From an uncultured delta proteobacterium (GTDB lineage Bacteria > Desulfobacterota > Binatia > Binatales > Binataceae), in the NCBI GenBank assembly GCA_963711565.1, contig CAVQEQ010000003.1, positions 960,001-1,024,000 on the forward strand: a stretch of DNA of 64,000 bases. Direction: 5' to 3'. A program made the translations under genes and the position numbers. Of this stretch, positions 30,990-39,400 are shown piece after piece (position 1 is the stretch's first letter; every line of letters begins with the position of its first letter). The notes below the pieces were generated by a model. It was not told where the DNA came from, made no database searches, and was given only the letters and a program-made list of their open reading frames with translations.

Positions 30990-32939
30990 GTGTTGACATT
31001 TGATCAGCGCGTAGTATCTCGACTCTGGGAAAGATTCATGTCGGGGATCGAGAACGCAGACCTCCAACCGTTGCGACCCGAGGTGCGAGAGTCATGGTTG
31101 CGAAGTAGGGCGTACGGCTTAAGTCCGGAAAAGTGCAAAGCTCCCAGAGTTCTAGAAGATGATGTTCTCAGCCGACTCCAGTCAGAGAGCATCTTAAGTC
31201 AGGTTTGCTCTCCGATTCTCGATTTCACGTTTGATGCGCTCAGAGATCTTCCCAATGTTCTTCTGCTAGTGGCAGACGCCCAAGGTCGAATTCTTCAGTT
31301 TGTAGCTGGTCCACGTGCGCAGACCGCCGCCGAAGAGATAAACGCGATTTCGGGAGCCTGCTGGACTGAGGAACTGATGGGCACGGACTCACTCGCGTGC
31401 TGTCTTCGCCTCCAGCGTCCAATATCAATAGTGGGGTTTGAGCATTACATTCAGGTGGGACAAAACTGGGCCGGGCACGCAGCTCCCATAAGAGACTTGT
31501 TCTCCAACCGCCTTGCTGGGATCGTCTGTATTTATGGATTCCAGGAAGAAGCTCACGCCAAGGCTAAGGCACTGATCGCAAATTGCGCTCATCTGATTGA
31601 GAGAAGCCTTCACTCGAAATCGGCGAACGCCCGGCTCTTACTGTACGAGAACTACGCCTCGGCTCGCGATCGATACAAGTCTGAAGCGTGTCTTGCTATC
31701 ACCGCTGACTCTCTGCTGCTGAGAGCGTCGCCAGAGGCCTCCAAGCTCTTAGGAATCCCGCTCGGCTCACCGCGATCCTTATCCAGTCTGGTGGAGATGA
31801 ATCTGGTCGCTCCGGAAACCACGCTCTCCCGCTCGACCGATAGGATTGCCTTGCGCGGACGCGCAGGATTTACCGGTCTGGCTCAGTTGTTTCCGGTCGT
31901 CAATGAAGGAACCGTCGCCGGATATATTGCCATCATGGATAGCTTGCAACGGCCGGCTGGTGCTAACTCTCCATGGAGGCCGACCTACGCTTTTGCTGAC
32001 ATTGTAGGAATCAGCGACATACTTGCTTCATCTCTCAAGCGCGCGGAACGCATCTCTTACACCGATGACGCGGTACTCATCACAGGGGAATCGGGAACCG
32101 GAAAAGAGATGTTCGCTCAGGCTATCCACAACGCCAGCGCTCGTCGTTCCAAGCCTTTTATTCCCGTGAACTGCGGAGCCATGAGCGATGAGTTGCTGGG
32201 CGCCGAACTGTTCGGATATGTCGAGGGAGCCTTTACGGGCGCGACGCGGCGCGGACGGCAGGGAAAATTCAGATCGGCCAACGGCGGCACTCTGTTCCTC
32301 GACGAAGTTGAGGCGATGTCGCCCAAGATGCAGAGTCATTTGTTGCGAATCCTCGAGGAGAAACGCGTTTTCCCCGTCGGCTCGGAGGTCCCCTTAGAGG
32401 CTGACGTTCGAATACTGGCCGCGACCAACGTGGATCTCAAAAAGAAGATCCAGGATGGCTCATTTCGACAGGACCTGTACTATCGGTTGAGCAATCAGAT
32501 GCTAGAGCTTCTGCCTCTTCGTCAGCGGCGTGCTGATATTCGGGCACTGGTTGCGCACTTTCTCAAAGGCTCGGGCACCGAGATCGCGGAGCGGGCCATC
32601 GAACGAATGGAGGCCTACTGTTGGCCGGGCAATGTGCGCGAGCTTCGCAACGCTTTGTCGCACGCAAAGCAGACCATGACGAGCGCCACCATCAGCGAAT
32701 TTGATCTGCCAGAGTACGTATGTTCGCAGGCTTGTGCCTCGTGCCAATTCGCTCCTGCCGTTACTCAACCGCCGCAAAAGGCCCAGACGCTGCTGATGGA
32801 TTCCGAACGTGCCGCCATCCTGGAAGCGCTTCGCGCCTCAGGCGACAACCTGTCGCGAGCTGCCGTGATGCTGGGAGTGAGCCGGGTCACGCTATATCGA
32901 AAGCTCAAGAAGCATCAGATCCGATCGGACTACAGTTGA
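30990..32939 (+). CDS. Sigma-54-dependent activator (GAF, AAA+, Fis HTH; AcoR-like)
   Basis: GESGTGKE, GAFTGA, LFLDEV, WPGNVREL, SRVTLYRKL; GTG start after GGAG is inferred. Confidence 0.93.
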   Translation: MLTFDQRVVSRLWERFMSGIENADLQPLRPEVRESWLRSRAYGLSPEKCKAPRVLEDDVLSRLQSESILSQVCSPILDFTFDALRDLPNVLLLVADAQGRILQFVAGPRAQTAAEEINAISGACWTEELMGTDSLACCLRLQRPISIVGFEHYIQVGQNWAGHAAPIRDLFSNRLAGIVCIYGFQEEAHAKAKALIANCAHLIERSLHSKSANARLLLYENYASARDRYKSEACLAITADSLLLRASPEASKLLGIPLGSPRSLSSLVEMNLVAPETTLSRSTDRIALRGRAGFTGLAQLFPVVNEGTVAGYIAIMDSLQRPAGANSPWRPTYAFADIVGISDILASSLKRAERISYTDDAVLITGESGTGKEMFAQAIHNASARRSKPFIPVNCGAMSDELLGAELFGYVEGAFTGATRRGRQGKFRSANGGTLFLDEVEAMSPKMQSHLLRILEEKRVFPVGSEVPLEADVRILAATNVDLKKKIQDGSFRQDLYYRLSNQMLELLPLRQRRADIRALVAHFLKGSGTEIAERAIERMEAYCWPGNVRELRNALSHAKQTMTSATISEFDLPEYVCSQACASCQFAPAVTQPPQKAQTLLMDSERAAILEALRASGDNLSRAAVMLGVSRVTLYRKLKKHQIRSDYS

Positions 32940-32988
32940 TACGCAGATTCGCGGCTTCTCACGGCATACGGTTTGCTCTTGACCGGGT

Positions 32989-34230
32989 ATGCTCAAGCCG
33001 TATCGGGTTCTTGATCTTTCGACCGAGCGAGGACTCCTCTGCGCCCAATGTCTAGGCGACATGGGCGCCGACGTTGTGAAGATCGAGCCGCCGGGAGGTT
33101 GCGATGCGCGCAGCATTCCACCTTTCTATAACGACGATCCGCATCCCGACCGCTCGCTCTACTGGTGGGCTTACAATCGAAACAAACGCTCGATCACGCT
33201 GAACCTCGATCGCCCAGAGGGGCAGGTTATTCTCCGCCAACTGGCCCGCCGCGCCGACTTCCTCATCGAATCGTACAATCCAGGTCATCTTGCGAAGCGG
33301 CAGCTTGGATTCGGCGATTTGAGCGCGATCAATCCTGCGCTGATATACGTTTCCATCACCGGCTTCGGTCAGCATGGACCGAAAGCCGGTTACGCCGAGA
33401 GTGATCTTGTTATCATGGCCGCAGGTGGTCCGTTGATTCTTACTGGTGATGCGGACCGTCCACCGGTACGCCTCAGCGTTCCGCAAGCGTACCTGCATGC
33501 CTCGGCGGACGCGGCAGTCGCGTCGCTGGCTGCGCATCACGACCGCTGTCGCTCCGGGCTGGGACAACACATCGATGTAGCCGCGCTGCAGTCGGTCGCC
33601 CTCGCCACGCAGTCCTACATACTCGCTGCGCCGCTTGGTTCACCCGAGGCACGCAGGATGTCCGGCGGGATGAAGGTCGGTCCGCTCGAGATTCCTTTTG
33701 TCTGGCCTGCGAAAGATGGATTTGTCGCCTTGGCGTTTTTGTTCGGTTCGGCAATAGGCGTCTTCACGCGCAGGTTTATGCACTACGTACATGAACAAGG
33801 GTTCTGCGACGAGGCGACGGGCAACAAGGATTGGATCGAGTACGGTGAGATGCTATCCAGCGGGACGGAACCGCTCTCGGAATTTGAGCGTGTAAAGGAG
33901 ATCGTGCGGAATTTTACGCGTCACCATACGAAGGCACAGTTACTTGAACTCGCCGTCGAACGCGGTTTCCTGATGACTCCGGTTGCGACGATCGACGAAG
34001 TCGTCAACAGCCGGCAACTAACCGCGCGCGACTATTTTCAGCGTGTCGAGCATCCCGAACTAAACGCTTCCTTCCGGTATCCCGGACCATTCGTAAAATT
34101 CAATGCCGCGCCCATCCAATACCGGCGCCGGCCGCCGATGGTCGGCGAACACAATCAAGAAATATACTGCGGCGAACTCGGTATGAGTAACTACGAACTT
34201 ACGAAGCTCTCGCAAAATGGAATCGTCTGA
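32989..34230 (+). CDS. CaiB/BaiF family III CoA-transferase subunit (BbsE-like)
   Basis: GDMGADVVKIEPPGG, NRNKRSITLNL. Confidence 0.9.
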   Translation: MLKPYRVLDLSTERGLLCAQCLGDMGADVVKIEPPGGCDARSIPPFYNDDPHPDRSLYWWAYNRNKRSITLNLDRPEGQVILRQLARRADFLIESYNPGHLAKRQLGFGDLSAINPALIYVSITGFGQHGPKAGYAESDLVIMAAGGPLILTGDADRPPVRLSVPQAYLHASADAAVASLAAHHDRCRSGLGQHIDVAALQSVALATQSYILAAPLGSPEARRMSGGMKVGPLEIPFVWPAKDGFVALAFLFGSAIGVFTRRFMHYVHEQGFCDEATGNKDWIEYGEMLSSGTEPLSEFERVKEIVRNFTRHHTKAQLLELAVERGFLMTPVATIDEVVNSRQLTARDYFQRVEHPELNASFRYPGPFVKFNAAPIQYRRRPPMVGEHNQEIYCGELGMSNYELTKLSQNGIV

Positions 34231-35447
34231 TGCGCGACGATCGACCGCTTAGCGACGTCAAGATTCTGGACTTAATGTGGGTGATGGCCGGCCCCGCTTC
34301 GACCCGTATCCTGGCCGACTACGGCGCGACCGTGCTGCGAATCGAATCGCCAACTCGCGTAGACACGGCGCGCACGCTTCAACCTTACCATGGCAACAAA
34401 CTTGGGCCCGATAGCTCCGGGCTCTTCGCCAACTGCAACGCTGGCAAACTCGGAATCGCGCTTGATCTCGGAAATCCGGCGGCTCGTGCGGTGATCTTCG
34501 ATCTCGTGAAGTGGGCCGACGTGGTTACCGAGTCGTTCTCACCTAAAGCAATGCGCGCGTGGGGCTTCGACTATGAGCAACTGCGCAAGCTCAAGCCCGA
34601 TATCATCATGCTGAGTTCGTGCTTGATGGGTCAGACGGGTCCGATCGCAAAAATCGCGGGCTACGGCAACATGGCCGCCGCGATTTCAGGCTTTCACAAT
34701 CTCACTGGATGGCCGGATCGACCTCCCGCAGGACCGTTCGGCGCTTATACCGACTACATCTCGCCCCGGTTCAGCGCGATGGCGATTCTCGCCGCGCTCG
34801 ATTACCGCCGTCGCACCGGAGAAGGCCAGTTTATCGATCAGTCGCAATCGGAGTGCTCTCTTCACTTCCTTGGCCCCGCCGTTCTCGACTACACGGTGAA
34901 CGGCCGCGTGCAGATAAGAGCCGGAAACACCGATAATAGCTTCGCTCCGCATGGAGTCTATCCAGTAGCGGGTGAGGACAAATGGGTAGCGATAGTTTGC
35001 CGGAGCGACGGTGATTGGAGACGTCTGTGCGCGGTAATCGGTCGCGAGGAACTTGCATTTGATTCCCGCTACTCCAGCGCCTCGTCACGCCTGGAGCATC
35101 GCGAGCTGCTCGATTCGGTTATCAGTGAATGGAGTCGAAAGCTCGAAGGTGCTCATATCGAACATATTCTGCAGTCGCACCACATCGCAGCCCACCGGGT
35201 GCAAAACAGCGCCGATGCTTACCGCGATCCGCAATTTCTTCATCGCGGGCATTTTTTCGATCTCGACCATCCGACGCTGGGTAAGTTCACGGTAGAGGGT
35301 CCGCGTGCTGCCCTCTCTCGAACTCCGGCAACGGTCAATCGGGCCGCTCCCGTCCTCGGACAGGACAATCAGCACGTGCTCGCAGAAATTCTCGGCTACA
35401 ACGAGGATAAGATCACCGAGCTTGTGTCCTCGGGAGCGTTAGGCTAG
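34230..35447 (+). CDS. CaiB/BaiF family III CoA-transferase subunit (BbsF-like)
   Basis: WVMAGP, AYTDY catalytic-Asp region; TGATG coupling. Confidence 0.9.
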   Translation: MRDDRPLSDVKILDLMWVMAGPASTRILADYGATVLRIESPTRVDTARTLQPYHGNKLGPDSSGLFANCNAGKLGIALDLGNPAARAVIFDLVKWADVVTESFSPKAMRAWGFDYEQLRKLKPDIIMLSSCLMGQTGPIAKIAGYGNMAAAISGFHNLTGWPDRPPAGPFGAYTDYISPRFSAMAILAALDYRRRTGEGQFIDQSQSECSLHFLGPAVLDYTVNGRVQIRAGNTDNSFAPHGVYPVAGEDKWVAIVCRSDGDWRRLCAVIGREELAFDSRYSSASSRLEHRELLDSVISEWSRKLEGAHIEHILQSHHIAAHRVQNSADAYRDPQFLHRGHFFDLDHPTLGKFTVEGPRAALSRTPATVNRAAPVLGQDNQHVLAEILGYNEDKITELVSSGALG

Positions 35448-35727
35448 CTGACCGGCCTCCTCGAGCGCCGAAATGAACCCTGCCGGTCCCGCCTCCACCA
35501 GGTCGTCTGAGGATCCATGTCGAACTAAATCGAATGTGAAAACATTCTCGCTTAGGTTGCTCGGCCATTTGAACGGCGACTGCGGCGCTCTGCGCGGCGA
35601 CTCCACCCGGCCGCGACCCGCTGCAAAGCTCCAGGGTCGGAAGCCGACTTGGCGAGTCGTCAGCGCTGCATGCCCGCCATGCTTCTAGAACGTTGTTTGA
35701 GTAACGGTCATTTTCAGCCCGTCGGTT

Positions 35728-35809
35728 GTCAACCTCCAAGGTCGTCAACCGCCGCTTGTCAACCTCCGCTCAAGTGTCAACCGCTTCGTCAACCGTCAAC
35801 CTGTCAACG
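35728..35809. repeat. GTCAACC heptamer array B
   Basis: GTCAACC at 35728, 35744, 35758, 35776, 35788 and 35795; inverted counterpart of array A. Confidence 0.85.
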
Positions 35810-35953
35810 CCGGAGCAAAAGTACATCAACGGGCCGGAGTAAAAATGCATCACTCCTGGCCGGGTTAGTTTGAGCTCTGGGCAGGAGGAGCGCGAGGGGG
35901 ATTTTCCCCCTCGCCCATCTGTGGAACTAAGGGCTGAGCGACCCGGTGGTGGG

Positions 35954-36733
35954 TCAGCCGGGTTCTTGCGGTGGTTGCTCTTCTACGATCTGACCTCTGC
36001 TGTGCTTAAGCCTGAAGCTATCGCCGTTCATCTCGAGGATGTGGACATGATGGGTGAGGCGATCGAGCAGCGCGCCGGTCAGTCGCTCGGAGCCGAACAC
36101 GCCGGTCCACTCATCGAAGGGCAGATTGCTGGTCACGATGATCGAGCCGCGTTCGTAGCGCTGGCTGAAGACCTCGAACAGCAACTCGGCGCCGGTCTGT
36201 GACAGCGGAACGTAGCCGAGCTCGTCGACGATCAGCAGCTTTAAGCCGGCGAGTTGCCGTTGCAGTCGCTGCAGACGCTTTTCGTCGTGTGCTTCGTGCA
36301 GTTCGTTGACCAGGGCCGCAGCGGTAGTGAAGCCAACCGCGAGACCCTTCTGGCACGCTGCCAGTCCGAGCCCCAGCGCGATGTGAGTCTTGCCGGTGCC
36401 GCTGTTACCGAGCGCGATGACGTTCTCACGGCGGCCGACGTACTCCGAGCGGGCCAGTTCCAGCACCAAGGTCTTGTTGAGCGAGGGGATGGCGGTGAAG
36501 TCGAAGCTGTCGAGGCTCTTCACTGCGGGGAACCTGGCTTCCTTGATCCGGCGCTCGATGGTCCGCCGTTCCCGGTCGATCATCTCAAGCTCGGCCAGCC
36601 GCAACAGGTAGCGCGAGTGATCGACACCTTCGGCGGCGCACTGGCGCGCCAGCTTGTCGTACTCACGCAGGAAGGTTGGGAGCCTCAGCGCCTTAAGGTG
36701 GTGAGCGAGCAGAACCTGCGGTGTGTCGCTCAT
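35954..36733 (-). CDS. istB: IS21 ATPase IstB
   Basis: Near-identical to the other copies. Confidence 0.95.
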   Translation of the reverse strand: MSDTPQVLLAHHLKALRLPTFLREYDKLARQCAAEGVDHSRYLLRLAELEMIDRERRTIERRIKEARFPAVKSLDSFDFTAIPSLNKTLVLELARSEYVGRRENVIALGNSGTGKTHIALGLGLAACQKGLAVGFTTAAALVNELHEAHDEKRLQRLQRQLAGLKLLIVDELGYVPLSQTGAELLFEVFSQRYERGSIIVTSNLPFDEWTGVFGSERLTGALLDRLTHHVHILEMNGDSFRLKHSRGQIVEEQPPQEPG

Positions 36734-37478
36734 GACGATGCCCCTCCCGCCAGCAGGCTCAAGTAGGCCCGGGCCGAGGTGGTCGCGACGGTGGCGCGCG
36801 GCAAGTAGGGATAGATCTTCATGTCCAGCCGCGGTGGGCGGCGTTCGATGCGGCACAACACCAGATGCTTGACTGCGTCGAAGCTGATCACTCCGCGCGC
36901 GATCGCTTCTCTCACCGCCGCTGATACGTCATCGGTGCGGAACACTTCTAGCAGGCGCAGCACCTGCACGAACTCGCGTTTGCCCGGCTTGCTCAGGCGA
37001 GCCTCGAGCAGACGGCGCAGGGTCGCGAACTCTTCAGGCAGTTCCCAACCGACCAGTGGCGCGGCCTGATCCAGCGCACCGATCTTCCGTTCCAGCAGCG
37101 CCAGGTAGTGCAGCGGATCGAAGATGAAGTCTTCGCGCTCGTAGGAGCGCAGATGACGCGCGATCTCTTCCGCCGCGCAGGCGATCACCACTTCGTGGAC
37201 GTAACCGCGAACCAGCACCTCGCGGTGGCCGTAGGCGGTCGGCACCGAATAGTCATTGCCGCGGTAGCGCACCAGCGAGAGCGAGCTGACTCGCGCTGCT
37301 CTCTTCTCGCAGGCTTCATAGGGAGTGGCCGGCAACGGCAGGAACGTAGCGCGGTCTCGCACCAGTCGCTCGGCGATGGTCTGATCATGGCCACGCAGCC
37401 GATCGTTCAACCTACGGCGGCAGTCCTCCAGCAAGCGCGCGTTGAGTTCGGCGAAGCTGGCAGCGTGCGGAATCGGCA
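36730..37478 (-). pseudogene. istA: istA 3' fragment
   Basis: Begins at PIPHAASF; the catalytic N-terminal half is missing. Confidence 0.9.
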
Positions 37479-37597
37479 TGGCCTGCACCCCAATTTCCCG
37501 CCAGTTATAAGTAGAGTCCGCCGGTTATTTCGCCCCTCCTGGGGCGTGTCGTTTGTGGCTTCGGTTTCATCTTCATCCCAGTTTTTCCGGCCGCCCT

Positions 37598-38497
37598 TCA
37601 CTCTCTGAGGGCGGCTGAAAAACTGTCCGGTTTTGGATCCGAGGTCGGCGCGCTTTGCACCGCGCCGGCCAGCCCTGCTGGCCAAGCGGTGCGCGCGACG
37701 GCCGAGCTCCCTTGATTCTTTGCCGCGAACTCCTCCGGTGCGAGGTAGCCGAGACTCAAGTGCGGGCGCAGGTGGTTGTAGTCGTGCCGCCACGCCTCGA
37801 TGATCGCGCGCGCTTCCCCGAGGCTTGAGAACACGTACTCGTTAAGGCACTCGTCGCGCAACTTGCTGTTGAACGATTCGATGAAGGCGTTCTGCACCGG
37901 CTTGCCCGGCTCGATGTAGTGCCACGCGACCCTTCTGGTGGCCCAACGCAGCACCGCACCACTGGTGAGTTCCGTCCCATTATCGCTAACCACCGTCTCC
38001 GGTAGCGCTCGTTCGATCGTGAGTCGCTCCAGTTCACGCACCACTCGTACTCCGCCTAGCGAGGTGTCGACCACCGTAGCCAGGCATTCGCGACTGAAGT
38101 CGTCAACCACGCATAAGATGCGGAAGCGACGGCCGTCACTCAGCGTGTCGGAGACGAAGTCGAGCGACCAGCGTTGATTGATCTTGATCGGTAGCGTCAT
38201 CGGCGCCCGCGTACCTAGTGCCCGCTTTCGCCCCCGACGCCGGCGCACCATCAGCCGTTCTTCGCGGTACAGTCGATAAAGCTTCTTGTGGTTCAGCGCG
38301 TGACCTTCGCGCGCCAGCATCCATCCTAATCGCCGGTACCCGAAGCGCCGCCGCTCCGCGGCCAGCTCCCTAAGCCGCTGCCTCAACGCCGAGTCGTCCG
38401 GTCGTCTACACTGGTAGCGCAGAGTCGAACGATCCAACCCGACCAGCTCGCACGCACGCCGCTGACTCAGCCCGTGACGCTCTATTACCCGAATCAC
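37598..38497 (-). CDS. IS3 transposase OrfB
   Basis: [23 protein letters not shown] motifs. Confidence 0.93.
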   Translation of the reverse strand: MIRVIERHGLSQRRACELVGLDRSTLRYQCRRPDDSALRQRLRELAAERRRFGYRRLGWMLAREGHALNHKKLYRLYREERLMVRRRRGRKRALGTRAPMTLPIKINQRWSLDFVSDTLSDGRRFRILCVVDDFSRECLATVVDTSLGGVRVVRELERLTIERALPETVVSDNGTELTSGAVLRWATRRVAWHYIEPGKPVQNAFIESFNSKLRDECLNEYVFSSLGEARAIIEAWRHDYNHLRPHLSLGYLAPEEFAAKNQGSSAVARTAWPAGLAGAVQSAPTSDPKPDSFSAALRE

Positions 38498-38520
38498 TGC
38501 TACTCGCCGCGCCGCAGGCT

Positions 38521-38787
38521 TCAGACGTTTTTTCCGAGCAGGTCCTTGAGCGCCGCGTTGTCCAACAGCGAGTCGGCCAACAGTCGCTTCAGGCGGCGGT
38601 TCTCATCCTCAAGCGCCTTGAGCCGCCTGGCGTCCGACACCTCCAGCCCGCCGTACTTCGATTTCCACTTGTAAAAAGTTGCGCTCGAGACCCCGTGCCG
38701 CCGACAGACCTCTTCGGTCCTGGCTCCGCCCTCCTGCTCTCGCAGCACCCCGATGATCTGCTCCTCCGTGAACCGGCTTCCTTTCAT
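38521..38787 (-). CDS. IS3 transposase OrfA
   Basis: RFTEEQII...[11 protein letters not shown]...LEDENRRLK. Confidence 0.93.
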   Translation of the reverse strand: MKGSRFTEEQIIGVLREQEGGARTEEVCRRHGVSSATFYKWKSKYGGLEVSDARRLKALEDENRRLKRLLADSLLDNAALKDLLGKNV

Positions 38788-38853
38788 CGTCCGTCTCCTT
38801 TTTCAGGCGACGGACTCTACCTCATTTCGGCGGAGTTTTCGGGGTGCAGGCCA

Positions 38854-39237
38854 CCACTCATTTGAGCTGGTGCCACCAGATAGTATGGAGACAACTAGCA
38901 AATAACGGTGATCTCCGGCGCGAGCCCACGAAAACTGGTCCACGCCGCAGGTCTCGCCCCAAGATGGAGGTACATCTTCCGGATCGCTCTTTGGTTCTAC
39001 TTGACAAACAAATTTTACAATATCAGCGTGGTTCGCCGAACGCAGGAGTTCGATATTGGAATCGTCCCAAGCGATATCCGAAAGGGGTCGATTCTGCGTC
39101 GGCGTTGAAGCGGCTTGAGTTACTCCCCGAGGTCCAATCACAACCGGCGCTGCCTGGCCCAATGCAGCTAATGATAGACTAAGGTTGGCAAGGACCAGTA
39201 CCGAGAGGCAAGCGATCAGCGGTGGCATCTTTATCAT
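38854..39237 (-). pseudogene. Exported hypothetical protein truncated by IS3
   Basis: Signal-peptide-like N-terminus; GAGG RBS; frame runs into the IS3 TIR. Confidence 0.6.
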
Positions 39238-39400
39238 ATTCCTCGCCTACTTTACCCACGCCGCTTCAGTGTGGTGGTAAATTCTAGACCTTTTTATAGG
39301 ATGAACCATTAGCGTTCTTCCACCGACCCACTATAGAGACATATAGACATATAGTAGATGCCCCGGCTTTAATCGCTGCTGCCTTTGCAGAATGCGACCA

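Larger units (their letters stand above)
35802..37478 (-). mobile_element. IS21-family element, copy 3 (truncated by IS3)
   Basis: TGTCAACGCCGGAG end, intact istB, only the 3' half of istA. Confidence 0.93.
37479..38853 (-). mobile_element. IS3-family element (IS407-group-like), 1375 bp
   Basis: TIRs TGGCCTGCACCCC / GGGGTGCAGGCCA; orfA and orfB offset by -1 with an AAAAAAC slippery site at 38527-38533. Confidence 0.93.

Noticed and set aside
35728-35809. CRISPR-like array
   Set aside because: Repeats are 7 bp with 0-11-nt gaps and there are no cas genes.
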